Below are positions 49,669-59,325 of a DNA stretch of 64,000 bases, piece after piece (the stretch's first letter is position 1; each line of letters opens with the position of its first letter). Source of the DNA: Alphaproteobacteria bacterium (GTDB taxonomy: Bacteria; Pseudomonadota; Alphaproteobacteria; RF32; CAG-239); assembly GCA_015062435.1 (NCBI GenBank), contig SUUR01000003.1:8184-72183 (forward strand), in the 5' to 3' direction. The notes beneath the pieces are model-generated. The model ran no database searches, was not told where the DNA came from, and saw nothing but the letters and a program-made list of their open reading frames with translations. The position numbers and the translations under genes were made by a program.

Positions 49669-50460
49669 CTACAACTCAATTTTCATATTATCAAAAGCCG
49701 GAAACACATTTTCTGGCGTAAGTTTATTAATTTCATCAAAATCACATTCACTTGCCATATGATTCAATATAACTTTTTGAGGGGCAATAATTTTAATATA
49801 ATTCAATACCTCTTCCAAACTAGCATGATATGCCTGTCCAAACGGTGTGGTTAACGGCATAATCAAAAGCTTAACCTTTTTAGATGTCAATATCTTCAAA
49901 GTAGAAGCGGGTATTTTCTTAAAATCAGCAATTTGTACTACTTCTCCGTCATTAAACATAAAACCGTTTGAAGGAGTATTATGTCCGCATAATTTTAGCG
50001 GTACTATCTTAATACCTTTAATTTTAAATTCTTCAGCTTCTTTAATTTTATGAGCTACTAAACTGGGAGTTGAAATTACATCTTTAACTTTTTTAGGAGA
50101 AGTTATCAGATAACCAAATTGTTTTTTTATAATTTTCAACACCTTACTTGTTGCATAAAAATCTAAATTACACGCATTTATCCTATTAATTTCTCGCAAA
50201 TAATCAATCCCATGCAAATGATCAGCATGAGCATGAGTATAAAGCACGGCATCAAGACACTTTATCTGATTATCAATCAGCTGCATTCTCAAGTCTGGTG
50301 AAGTATCAACCAATATTTTCACACCGTCAAAATCATAATAAACCCCAGCTCTTCGACGCCTGTTGTATGGATTATTCGGATTACATACTCCCCATCCGCT
50401 ACTTAAAGACGGAACACCCGGAGCAGCCCCTGCTCCCAATATAATCACATTTGTCATCAA
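49669..50460 (-). CDS. MBL-fold metallo-hydrolase (PhnP-like)
   Basis: 263 aa. Motif is YTHAHADHLHG. Confidence 0.75.
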   Translation of the reverse strand: MMTNVIILGAGAAPGVPSLSSGWGVCNPNNPYNRRRRAGVYYDFDGVKILVDTSPDLRMQLIDNQIKCLDAVLYTHAHADHLHGIDYLREINRINACNLDFYATSKVLKIIKKQFGYLITSPKKVKDVISTPSLVAHKIKEAEEFKIKGIKIVPLKLCGHNTPSNGFMFNDGEVVQIADFKKIPASTLKILTSKKVKLLIMPLTTPFGQAYHASLEEVLNYIKIIAPQKVILNHMASECDFDEINKLTPENVFPAFDNMKIEL

Positions 50461-51251
50461 AATTCTCTCCGTCCTTTGTCACTTGCCTTTCTAAACAAAT
50501 TACAAAAATTATCAGAAGTAATTTGAGCTATTTCCTCAAAAGATACATCTTTTATTTGTGCCAATTTTTCTGCTGTGTACCTGACAAAAGCAGGTTCATT
50601 TCGCCTCCCTCTCTTAGGTATCGGAGCCAAAAAAGGAGAATCCGTTTCAATCAACAATTTATCTAATGGTATATTTGCAAAAATATCTCTCAACTCACCA
50701 CATTTATTAAAAGTAATCATTCCGGAAGCTGATAAATAAAAACCGATAGAAAGCGCAAACTTTGCTAATTTTTCAGAAGAGCTGAAACAATGAATAACAC
50801 CGGTAAATGTTTTTTGCTTATAAGCACTTTCCAATTCTCTTATCATGTCGTCATCAGATTCTCTATTATGAATAATCAGAGGCAATCCGGTTTCTTGAGC
50901 TGCTATAATATGTTCTCTAAGCAACTTTATTTGCAGCTCTTTCGGAGCATAATCATAGTAATAATCCAATCCGGTTTCACCGATACCTATTACTTTTTTA
51001 TGGTGTGTTTTAGCAATAATTTCTTCTGCTTTAAGTTCCGGATATTCATTTGCATTATGAGGATGAACACCCACTGCCGAATATACAAACGGATACTTTT
51101 CCGCCAATAATAACTGATTATCAAATTCTTTCAAATTATTTCCGGCATCTAAAATTATATTCACCCCACATTCTTTTGCACGTTCAATAATTTCAGAAGT
51201 ATCATTTTCAAAATCATCAAAATCCAAATGGCAATGACTATCAACTAACAT
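50457..51251 (-). CDS. tatD: TatD-family metal-dependent hydrolase
   Basis: 264 aa. Starts LVDSHCHLD and contains GETGLDYYY, IHNRES and ETDSPFL. Confidence 0.9.
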   Translation of the reverse strand: MLVDSHCHLDFDDFENDTSEIIERAKECGVNIILDAGNNLKEFDNQLLLAEKYPFVYSAVGVHPHNANEYPELKAEEIIAKTHHKKVIGIGETGLDYYYDYAPKELQIKLLREHIIAAQETGLPLIIHNRESDDDMIRELESAYKQKTFTGVIHCFSSSEKLAKFALSIGFYLSASGMITFNKCGELRDIFANIPLDKLLIETDSPFLAPIPKRGRRNEPAFVRYTAEKLAQIKDVSFEEIAQITSDNFCNLFRKASDKGRREF

Positions 51252-51261
51252 TTAACCTCTC

Positions 51262-52317
51262 TTAAACTTGCTTGCAAATATTTACCAAAACATTCATTAA
51301 AGCTTGTTTTTTATCTAAATTTAAGCTGTCTGTTTCATTAAACACCTTAACTGCAGAACTCCAACAATCGGCAATTTCTTTAACCTTATCAGTATTTCGT
51401 ACATATTCGCACAAAAATTTCAATATCAATTCTTTTACTAATTCATAACTTTGTTCACTGACAATAGCCATATTACAAAAATCCAATACATCTGCAATCT
51501 TAAATTTAGCTCCGCTTGAAACCAAAGAACAAATAGCATCATAAATTTCTGCCGCATCATTATCAGCATACAATAAAGCCTTACCGATACTTCCTGATGC
51601 AATATTAGCCACCCTTTTAACGTCTTTTTCATTTAACTCAGGTCGATATCTCCTGAGCAAACTTGCAATTTCTTCATTTTTAAGAGGCTTAAGTTCTAAT
51701 TTTGCACATCTGGATTTTATTGTAGGTAACAATCTGCTTGGATTGTGACTTAATAATATCATCAACACTTTTGCCGGCGGTTCTTCCAATATTTTCAACA
51801 CTGCATTGGCAGCAGCGGAATTCATATCATCAACGCTATCAATAATCACCACACGCCAACCATCTGACGATGATTTTTTTGCCAAAAAATCATTAATGGT
51901 ACGAACATCATCAACCCTGATATATGCGGATTTTTTCAATTCCTTAAGTTCAATGGGTGATAATTGTTCACCATCTTTAATAGCTTTAAGTATTTTTTTT
52001 CTATCTGTATCGGTATAATCTCGTTGTAAAATTTTAAAATCAGGATGAGCATTTCCGGCAATAAGCTTATAAACTTGAGTGTTTGCTGTAACATCAATAT
52101 TAACATATTCGTCTTTTTTTGCATAATCTGCATTCAATATAAATCTGGCCAACTTAAAAGCAAAAGTTGCTTTTCCGACTCCTTTTATCCCTGATATCAA
52201 CCAAGAATTATGCAAACTGCCATTTTGCCAACATCTTAAAAAAAATTGCTCAGCTTCTTGATGTCCTAACAAATAAGTGTTAAATTGAGGTTCAAAAGAG
52301 GTATCAGTTGTTGTCAT
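51262..52317 (-). CDS. holB: DNA polymerase III subunit delta prime
   Basis: 351 aa. Contains GHQEAEQ...HNSWLISGIKGVGKAT, the SRLLPTIKSRC sensor motif and LKILEEPP. Confidence 0.85.
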   Translation of the reverse strand: MTTTDTSFEPQFNTYLLGHQEAEQFFLRCWQNGSLHNSWLISGIKGVGKATFAFKLARFILNADYAKKDEYVNIDVTANTQVYKLIAGNAHPDFKILQRDYTDTDRKKILKAIKDGEQLSPIELKELKKSAYIRVDDVRTINDFLAKKSSSDGWRVVIIDSVDDMNSAAANAVLKILEEPPAKVLMILLSHNPSRLLPTIKSRCAKLELKPLKNEEIASLLRRYRPELNEKDVKRVANIASGSIGKALLYADNDAAEIYDAICSLVSSGAKFKIADVLDFCNMAIVSEQSYELVKELILKFLCEYVRNTDKVKEIADCWSSAVKVFNETDSLNLDKKQALMNVLVNICKQV

Positions 52318-52320
52318 TTA

Positions 52321-52965
52321 TCAGCATCCAAACCTTTCAGTAATTACGTGTACTATTTCCTGATGCAATTCCTCTATTGTTTTATCCGCATTTAAAACGA
52401 CACACCTTTGAGGATCATTTTTAGCAATTTTCAAAAAACCATCTCTCAAACGTTTATGAAACTCAATATCAATGTTTTCAAATCTCAATTCTTTACTTTT
52501 TTCGTTTAATGCTCGTGCAAAAGAACGTTTCAATCCTTTTTCCGGCTCAATATCCAAAATAAATGTTAAATCAGGCTTAAAGTCACCCACCGCAAGCTTA
52601 TATAAGGATTGTAAATTCTCATATGACACTCTGGCATTATGCCCATAGTACTGATAAGCAAAAGTAGAATCTGCAAATCTGTCACTTAAAACCCATTTAT
52701 TAGCATTTAACGCCGGCCAAATTTTGCTTACTAAATGATGATGTCTGTCTGCAAAAAATAACAAGGCCTCTGTTATTGCATCCATTTTATCTTGACTACC
52801 GGTAATCAAAAGCTTCCTTAACTCTGTTCCAAGTTCTGTTCCTCCCGGTTCTTTTGTAGTTATCACATCGCAATCTTTTACTTTAAGAAAATCGTCCAAC
52901 AACTTGATTTGAGTGGATTTTCCCGTGCCTTCACCACCTTCAAATGTAATAAATTTTCCCACCAT
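52321..52965 (-). CDS. tmk: dTMP (thymidylate) kinase
   Basis: 214 aa. P-loop is FITFEGGEGTGKST; also has the DRF motif. Confidence 0.9.
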   Translation of the reverse strand: MVGKFITFEGGEGTGKSTQIKLLDDFLKVKDCDVITTKEPGGTELGTELRKLLITGSQDKMDAITEALLFFADRHHHLVSKIWPALNANKWVLSDRFADSTFAYQYYGHNARVSYENLQSLYKLAVGDFKPDLTFILDIEPEKGLKRSFARALNEKSKELRFENIDIEFHKRLRDGFLKIAKNDPQRCVVLNADKTIEELHQEIVHVITERFGC

Positions 52966-54125
52966 CAGTTAGCTCCGGAAATCAAATAGTTTAAGTTTTT
53001 GCGTATTTTGCCCAACAAACCGACTTTTTTAACATTACTTGCTGCAATCAACGGAAATTCCATATCATCTTGCCCCTCAATTTTCACCTTAATAACACCG
53101 AGCTTATCTCCGGCTTTGACAGGAGCTTTTACAGGTTTATCATATATTGCAACGGTTTTAACATTTTTGTACTTATTTTTTTTCAAAGTTTTGACGACAT
53201 CTTCGGCGACAACCATATCTACTTTTTCATTAACTCCATACCATACAGGCATATCTGCAATTTTTTGTCCTTTTTTTAGAATTGTATAATTATCAAATTC
53301 TCTAAACCCCCAACTCATAATCTTATTAGCTTCATCTGAGCGTTCCTTATTAGAATTTAATCCGGTCATCACTCCGATAAGACGTCTGTCTCCTTTTTTA
53401 GCAGAAGCAGTCAAACAAAAACCGGCTTCTTCAGTATGTCCGGTCTTTAAACCGTCGGCATAAGGCATACTGTACAACAATGGATTTCTGTTTCCTTGTC
53501 TTATATTATGATATACAAATTCTTTTTGAGAAAACAAATGATAATACTGAGGAAAATCGGCAATCAAATGTCTGGCTAATTTCGCCAAATCTTCCACAGA
53601 CATTCTATGATCGGGATGAGGCAAACCGGTCGCATTTTCAAAATGAGAATTATTCATTCCCAATTCCAAAGCTTTTTCATTCATTTCCTGAGCAAAACTT
53701 TCTTCATTGCCGGACAAATTCTCAGCCACTACAATACAAGCATCATTACCTGACTGAATAATTATCCCTTTCAATAAATCCTCAACCCTGACTTTATCTC
53801 CGATTGATAGAAACATTGTTGATCCGCCACTGGCAGCACCACCTTTTCTCCATGCGTTTTCACTTACAGTAAAAGTATCATCTAAGGATAAGCTCCCATC
53901 TTTCAATTTAGAAAAAACGATATAAACGGTCATTAATTTACTCATAGATGCCGGTGGTATCATTTTATCCGCATCTTTTTCAAACAAATATTGTCCTGTA
54001 TCATAATCCATTAATATCAAATTTTTTGCTTTTGTTTCTACGGCACCAACTTCAGATGATATCAACATCAAAGAACAAATAGCGGTACATAATTGTAAAT
54101 TCCATGTATTTTTCATCTCAATCAA
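52965..54125 (-). CDS. D-alanyl-D-alanine carboxypeptidase (S11, PBP5/6-like)
   Basis: 386 aa. Contains SMSK (SxxK), SGND (SxN) and KTGHT (KTG), with a signal peptide. Confidence 0.9.
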   Translation of the reverse strand: MIEMKNTWNLQLCTAICSLMLISSEVGAVETKAKNLILMDYDTGQYLFEKDADKMIPPASMSKLMTVYIVFSKLKDGSLSLDDTFTVSENAWRKGGAASGGSTMFLSIGDKVRVEDLLKGIIIQSGNDACIVVAENLSGNEESFAQEMNEKALELGMNNSHFENATGLPHPDHRMSVEDLAKLARHLIADFPQYYHLFSQKEFVYHNIRQGNRNPLLYSMPYADGLKTGHTEEAGFCLTASAKKGDRRLIGVMTGLNSNKERSDEANKIMSWGFREFDNYTILKKGQKIADMPVWYGVNEKVDMVVAEDVVKTLKKNKYKNVKTVAIYDKPVKAPVKAGDKLGVIKVKIEGQDDMEFPLIAASNVKKVGLLGKIRKNLNYLISGAN

Positions 54126-54130
54126 GCTCC

Positions 54131-55009
54131 TTAATCTTGTACAACTTTAGCGTTGTACACACCAAAATGTTTTACCTTAGCCAAAGTAACCTCAGCTTCT
54201 TTTTTATGGCTGAACGGTCCGACTCTCACCCGATAGAACTTCTGTCCGCTGACCGTTACATAATAAATATTGGTTTCACCGAATTGATCCAATTGTTTAC
54301 TTAGATTTTGAGCTGCACTTTCTTTAGAATAAGCACCTGCCTGAACAAACCAACTTCCTTTAGGATAAGCTCTGATAGCTTTCGGATTTGCATGCTCGGC
54401 ACCAATTAACTGTAAAGGCTTAACCGGTTGAGTTGGCACTTGTTTTTTTACATTATTTCCATTTGTAGCACTTATGGCAGCGGTTTTATCTCCTAATAAA
54501 GCAGCTTTTAATTGCTTACTTTCTTCTGCCATAATCTCAACTCTGACTTTTGCTGTTCCCTGAGTTTGGAATCCCAACAATTGAGCTCCTCTTTTGGAAA
54601 TATCAATTATTCGATTTTTTGCATAAGGACCTCGATCATTAACCCTCAACACCAAAGAACGACCATTTTCCAAATTAGTAACTTTTACGATACTTGGTAA
54701 CGGCAATGTTCTGTGAGCTGCTGTCAAAGCATGCATATCATAACTTTCACCATTAGCCGTTTTTTTAGCATGAAAATCCTCACCATACCAAGAAGCAACT
54801 CCAACTTCTGAATAATTATAATCTTCTTTAGGATAATACCAATTTCCCATAATTTTATACGGAGCACCTACTTTATAGGTCCCACCCTGTCCTTTTATGG
54901 CTTCAACTTGAGAATAACTTCCCCCAATTCTCCCATATGTACAAGCATTAAGGCTCAGCAACCCGAACATTATTAACGTTATAGTCAAGATTCGTTTAGT
55001 CATATTCAT
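54131..55009 (-). CDS. rlpA: Septal ring lytic transglycosylase RlpA with a C-terminal SPOR domain
   Basis: 292 aa. Lipobox LNAC, DPBB block GVASWYGEDFHAKKTANGE...VNDRGPY, and a SPOR-like C-terminus. Confidence 0.85.
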   Translation of the reverse strand: MNMTKRILTITLIMFGLLSLNACTYGRIGGSYSQVEAIKGQGGTYKVGAPYKIMGNWYYPKEDYNYSEVGVASWYGEDFHAKKTANGESYDMHALTAAHRTLPLPSIVKVTNLENGRSLVLRVNDRGPYAKNRIIDISKRGAQLLGFQTQGTAKVRVEIMAEESKQLKAALLGDKTAAISATNGNNVKKQVPTQPVKPLQLIGAEHANPKAIRAYPKGSWFVQAGAYSKESAAQNLSKQLDQFGETNIYYVTVSGQKFYRVRVGPFSHKKEAEVTLAKVKHFGVYNAKVVQD

Positions 55010-55076
55010 TACATTCTCACATCAACAAATTAGTTTATTCATAAACTACATTTTTTTTAGCAGTTCGTAAAGTGGA

Positions 55077-56363
55077 TTAATTCGACTTGTGTAATTTTCT
55101 TTCAGGAACAGGTATCGCAAAACCGATATCTTGATTATAGTTCTTAATTTTTTGCAATAACATATAATCAGGATAACCGTCTTGTGGCATATTTGCTTCT
55201 TTCTGCACTTTTCTGACAGCTTCTCTTGTTTTTGTCCCTAACTGTCCGTCCTCATCAAGTTTAAACCACCCTAACTTATTTATAAATGTCTGAAACTGCA
55301 ATATATCTTCTGTTTTGAGTCTGGTTGCCGGATTCTTTTTAATTTCTTCCCATTTTTTAGCAGTTTTAATATAATCCGCCAAAATTCCTATTGCCAAAGC
55401 ATAATTTTCAGAACGATTCCATTGCATTATTTTATAAAAATTTTCAAAAACCAAATAAGCTTTACCTTTTTTACCTTCCGGAACTATTATCGCTCCTTTA
55501 ACATCAGGATTTACGGTAATTTTTTTATTACTCACCGTTCTTACCCCTAGTTTATGCCATTCAGCAACGGTTTTACTCTTATTTCGTCCGCTTAGAGAAA
55601 AATCAAAATTCCACGGCAAACTTACTTCCATTCCCCATGTAACATTTTTATTCCAACCGATACTACCCAAATAATTGGCAGCAGAAGCTACTGCATCATC
55701 AAAAGAACGCCAAATATCGATTTTATCATCTTGATCAAAATCTACGGCATAAGCATTAAATGTAGATGGCATAAATTGAAAATGTCCCATTGCACCTGCC
55801 CAAGATCCCTGCATTTTTTCCGGTGCGATTTGCCATTTATCAATTATTTTTAAAGCTTCATACAATTCATTTTTAAAAAAATCGGAACGCCGCTTATCAT
55901 AACTTAGCATAGTTAAAGAAGCTATTGTATTAAACCCGCCGAAATTACTTCCGAAATTAGTTTCCACTCCCCAAAAAGCAATCAAATATTGTGGTGGTAC
56001 TCCATATTTTTTAGAAACTTTATTTAATAAAGGCCTTAACTGTTTATAATATTTCTGTGCTTTCTCCACACGTTTTTTAGTAACTGTTCTATTTATATAA
56101 TCAGAAGAAGTCAGAGCAAACTCTACTTGTTTCCTATCTATTTTCACCACTTCCGGATTTGATTGATAATAACTATATTGATAAACTTTATCCAATGTTT
56201 GTTTTGAAATACCTTTTTTCAGCATTTCTTTTTTTAATTCTTCCAACCAACACAAATATTCTTCAGGCACATCATCAACAACATTTGCAACGGCACACCC
56301 CGTTACACACATTAACGCTAATGCAGAAACAGCCAAAACTTTTTTGATTCCAAACATGACCAA
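55077..56363 (-). CDS. Lytic murein transglycosylase (MltB/SLT_2-like) with a C-terminal peptidoglycan-binding domain
   Basis: 428 aa. Contains FWGVETNFG, GAMGHFQFMPSTF and PG_binding_1-like GQLGTKTREAVRKVQ. Confidence 0.85.
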   Translation of the reverse strand: MVMFGIKKVLAVSALALMCVTGCAVANVVDDVPEEYLCWLEELKKEMLKKGISKQTLDKVYQYSYYQSNPEVVKIDRKQVEFALTSSDYINRTVTKKRVEKAQKYYKQLRPLLNKVSKKYGVPPQYLIAFWGVETNFGSNFGGFNTIASLTMLSYDKRRSDFFKNELYEALKIIDKWQIAPEKMQGSWAGAMGHFQFMPSTFNAYAVDFDQDDKIDIWRSFDDAVASAANYLGSIGWNKNVTWGMEVSLPWNFDFSLSGRNKSKTVAEWHKLGVRTVSNKKITVNPDVKGAIIVPEGKKGKAYLVFENFYKIMQWNRSENYALAIGILADYIKTAKKWEEIKKNPATRLKTEDILQFQTFINKLGWFKLDEDGQLGTKTREAVRKVQKEANMPQDGYPDYMLLQKIKNYNQDIGFAIPVPERKLHKSN

Positions 56364-56427
56364 ACACTCTAAACAAAAACTTATTTAGAGAATGATAACA
56401 TTGTTGTTTTAAAAAATCGTTTAATAT

Positions 56428-57492
56428 TTATTCTACAATAGTAGGCCACGGATAATCTTGCGGATTAAATTCATCAAACATTAAATCTGCAATATATTTT
56501 GCTATCAACTTTTCATTAAACAATTGATAATATTTTTTCCAACCTTTTTCTGCTACCGCCATACGTTCCTGATTATTTTTACGATAATAATCTATTTGTT
56601 TATACAAATCATCTTCATCATTAAAGAACGCCATTTCATCTTTAGTAAACAAATCATTAAATCCGCTATGAATATCAACAATAGCCAAAGATCCGTTCCC
56701 CATTAAATGAGCCATTCTGTCAGATGAATATAAATAATCATGATTACTTCTGTTCAAACACAATCCCATAGCCGCATTGGCAAACACTCTTTGATATTCC
56801 CCTCCGGTTAAATTTTCTCCCATAGCTCTTGAAAATAAAACTTTATTCATATCAATATTTGCGGTAATTCTTTTAAGTATTTCGCTTGTTTTCATTATTG
56901 TTCCGCAAAATTCACGTTCACTTTTAGGGCTTGAAGGAAATACCAAATCCCATTCAGGATTCTCAATTTCAAAAGCTTTTCCGGTTTCAACTGATGCATC
57001 TACGGGGTTTGGCATAAATCCAACCTTATGTCTTTTGGTATCAAACTGACGCAACAATTCTTTGTCCGCTGTTGTAATAATTGTATAATCCACCAAATCA
57101 ATTTTAGACTTAATATGTTCAATATTACTGGGAACAATCTGAGGGTTAATACAATCCACATTCCACTGTAAAACTTTAGTATTAGGCAATGCATTTCTAA
57201 TTCTACGCAATGTATCAGGCGTAATTGTATCAGCATGCCCCAAAATTATTCCATCAGGTTGTGTATCAACACAATATTCAAAAAACAATTCATTAAAAGG
57301 CTTTTTACCTAATTGTTTCAACTTACCGAAAACCGAAAAAGCCTTATTGATATCTCTATCCGAAAAATCCAAAACATTATGTCCGTTTCTAATCAAACCA
57401 TGAGATATTTTATACGGAGCAATATTAATATAGCACCCTATTCTTTTAATCAGATTAAAATTCGTACAATGAATGATTCTTTTTGGTGTCAT
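56428..57492 (-). CDS. Glycosyltransferase-like protein (CgeB-type family)
   Basis: 354 aa from the ATG at 57492. The tracked TTG at 57588 lies inside the upstream terminator hairpin. The C-terminal block resembles Glyco_trans_1_2/CgeB proteins. Confidence 0.45.
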   Translation of the reverse strand: MTPKRIIHCTNFNLIKRIGCYINIAPYKISHGLIRNGHNVLDFSDRDINKAFSVFGKLKQLGKKPFNELFFEYCVDTQPDGIILGHADTITPDTLRRIRNALPNTKVLQWNVDCINPQIVPSNIEHIKSKIDLVDYTIITTADKELLRQFDTKRHKVGFMPNPVDASVETGKAFEIENPEWDLVFPSSPKSEREFCGTIMKTSEILKRITANIDMNKVLFSRAMGENLTGGEYQRVFANAAMGLCLNRSNHDYLYSSDRMAHLMGNGSLAIVDIHSGFNDLFTKDEMAFFNDEDDLYKQIDYYRKNNQERMAVAEKGWKKYYQLFNEKLIAKYIADLMFDEFNPQDYPWPTIVE

Positions 57493-57561
57493 ATCACAAA
57501 CCTCATTTATTATCAAAATATTTTTTGAGATTCTATAAACAAAACCCACAAAAGTAAAGGA

Positions 57562-57598
57562 TAAAAAAACAACCACCTGACAAAACAAAGTGGTTGTT
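57562..57598 (-). terminator. Rho-independent terminator of the 57617-58144 gene
   Basis: AACAACCAC (57568-57576) pairs with GTGGTTGTT (57590-57598). The A7 at 57563-57569 becomes a T-run on the minus strand. Confidence 0.75.
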
Positions 57599-57616
57599 AC
57601 AGTAACAATAACAAAA

Positions 57617-58144
57617 TCAACTACGAGCTTTTGCTTTTATCATTGCAATAGTTTTCTGAACCCAATTCCTTTTTGGTTTACCCATATTATCTTTTGCCGC
57701 ACTTTTTAACATTCTGTTTTTCTTTATCTTCGGAAGTATTTCCTCAATTTTTTTTGCATCATTTTTCGCAACAATAGCTCGCTCCATTACAGAACCAAAT
57801 CTGTCATCTCGTTCTTTCTTTTCTTTTTCAAAAGCCAAATACTCATCAACCGAAAAAGTTATTTGCTTACCATTTTCATCAAAATAAGGTTCGTTATCAC
57901 TACGATATGACATGCTGCCATCACTCATCATTTTAAATGTAAACATATTAAAACCCTGTAATTTTCTATTTTCATCAAAAACAGGTTCCCCATAAAAAAC
58001 TTGCGCTCCACCTTTTCTTAAAAGTTGAACTTCAGAAGTACATTTTTTCTCTCCTGTTTCAAAACTTTTAACAAATTTTTCTTTTTTTATTCGTTCAATG
58101 GTTTCTTTTGCATTTTGAACATCTCTATCACTATACTTTCCCAT
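57617..58144 (-). CDS. Hypothetical protein, K/E-rich
   Basis: 175 aa from the ATG at 58144, preceded by GGAGG. No recognisable motif. Confidence 0.5.
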   Translation of the reverse strand: MGKYSDRDVQNAKETIERIKKEKFVKSFETGEKKCTSEVQLLRKGGAQVFYGEPVFDENRKLQGFNMFTFKMMSDGSMSYRSDNEPYFDENGKQITFSVDEYLAFEKEKKERDDRFGSVMERAIVAKNDAKKIEEILPKIKKNRMLKSAAKDNMGKPKRNWVQKTIAMIKAKARS

Positions 58145-58308
58145 TTTTGCCTCCACAAAAACTCCTAACTCTATATATTCTACCATAATATATATTTTTT
58201 TCAATATCAAATCACATAATCTGACACAACAAATTCCGTCCACCGGCTTCAATAATTATTTTACGCTTTTCAGAACTTATGTTATCATAATTGTTGGGTA
58301 ATAAAAAT

Positions 58309-58703
58309 GTGCCGCTCATGCATTTGTATGTACAAGTCATGTCCCATGTTTATCCGCTTGTCCGTATAAACTAATAGCGGCACCTTTAATGACCACGTCC
58401 GACACCTCTAACTATCATTGTCCGACTTGTTCGGACAACTTGAGGAAATTTAAGCGAGATACTCCCCTCACACCGGAGTATGACAGGAAAGTAGAGCCGA
58501 AGCATGACCATTAAGGGAAGGAGCCTTATTTCTACCCTCTTAAAGGAGGAGGATTGTACCCTATATGGGAGAGGATTCTACCCTTATTTTCCTCCCCATT
58601 GATGGGGGAGGATTAAGGTGGGGGTGAGGAATACCGCCAATTGTCATGTTGAGCGAAGTCGAAACATCTCATGAGATTCTTCGACAAGCTCAGAATGACA
58701 ATT
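58309..58703. repeat. Cluster of short GC-rich palindromes and degenerate tandem units in a non-coding region
   Basis: Palindromes and inverted repeats: GTGCCGCT (58309-16) with AGCGGCAC (58376-83); TTGTCCGA/TCGGACAA (58418-38); TACTCC/GGAGTA (58460-80); CCTCCCCA/TGGGGGAGG (58591-611); a 65-nt near-perfect palindrome (58639-58703). The GGAGGATT-nTACCCT units are repeated about three times across 58515-58630. Confidence 0.7.
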
Positions 58704-59026
58704 TAGAAATTTTGAAAACTATCGCTTGCGTGTTAGAATTTTATGTGCTTAATTTATTAAATAACAGGTCGAACTGATGATTAATATTTTTTATAATTTT
58801 TTGCCTTTGCCCCACATTTTGACGATGAACCAGAGCTTATCGAGATGAATGCGGATGTTATTTTTCTTGTTGTGATATCATAAATGACAACCCCACTTGT
58901 GAAACATGTCCCAATGAGCTCAAACTCGACATCTGTCCCAATAATCCTTACTGTTCATGTGTAGGCGAACTGGAATAAACTAAATCTATATTCAAGCTCA
59001 AACCTTCCTCCATATCAACAAGAAAA

Positions 59027-59058
59027 GACCTTAGGTTTTATCCTAAGGCCTTTTTTTT
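59027..59058. terminator. Hairpin terminator, the presumed native terminator of tRNA-Val, now separated from it by the IS insertion
   Basis: CCTTAGG (59029-35) pairs with CCTAAGG (59042-48). T8 lies on the plus side and TCTTTTCTT on the minus side. Confidence 0.65.
59051..59058. repeat. Target-site duplication, left copy (TTTTTTTT)
   Basis: Exactly 8 T immediately outside the left IR, identical to 62164-62171. Confidence 0.7.
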
Positions 59059-59073
59059 GGGACTTATATACAA
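59059..59073. repeat. Terminal inverted repeat distal to the transposase: GGGACTTATATACAA
   Basis: Exact reverse complement of 62149-62163. Confidence 0.85.
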
Positions 59074-59097
59074 AACTACCCAAAAGGGAGGTTCTAA

Positions 59098-59325
59098 ATG
59101 ATACGCTTCCTTGAAAATATACTATTTAAGATTGCCGCCTATGTTTTATTTCGGCAGATTATCGCGTTTAATAAAAAATGGACAGGAAAGACCGATAATA
59201 TGCACGGCAAATATGCCTGTGATATTAACGGACAACCCTATGTTATGAGCTATACGCTAGAAAAAGGCGAAAAAATCACCTTTGAAGATTTAGAGCGTAT
59301 AACGATGACAAGAATGAGTTCTTAA
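59098..59325 (+). CDS. Hypothetical small protein with a hydrophobic N-terminal helix
   Basis: 75 aa with a strong SD (AAGGGAGG, 7 nt upstream). Starts 25 nt inside the IS end. Its 3' end overlaps the convergent KTSC-like gene by 36 nt. Confidence 0.5.
   Translation: MIRFLENILFKIAAYVLFRQIIAFNKKWTGKTDNMHGKYACDINGQPYVMSYTLEKGEKITFEDLERITMTRMSS

Noticed and set aside
58515-58630. Possible CRISPR-like or tandem-repeat array formed by the GGAGGATT...TACCCT units.
   Set aside because: Only about three degenerate units are present, with irregular spacing and no spacer-like unique segments of constant length. There are no cas genes in the window. I report it only as part of the palindrome cluster.
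58300-58760. Known housekeeping ncRNA (tmRNA, RNase P RNA, SRP RNA, 6S RNA, group II intron domains).
   Set aside because: By eye I could not find the diagnostic conserved boxes: the tRNA-like end of tmRNA, the GAGGAAAGUCC box of RNase P RNA, the SRP domain IV motif, or the GUGYG start and domain V of a group II intron. A covariance-model scan is still worthwhile.
58774-58780. CTGATGA, the hammerhead ribozyme core box.
   Set aside because: I could find no matching GAAA box, stem II/III pairing or cleavage-site context nearby. A 7-mer match is expected by chance.
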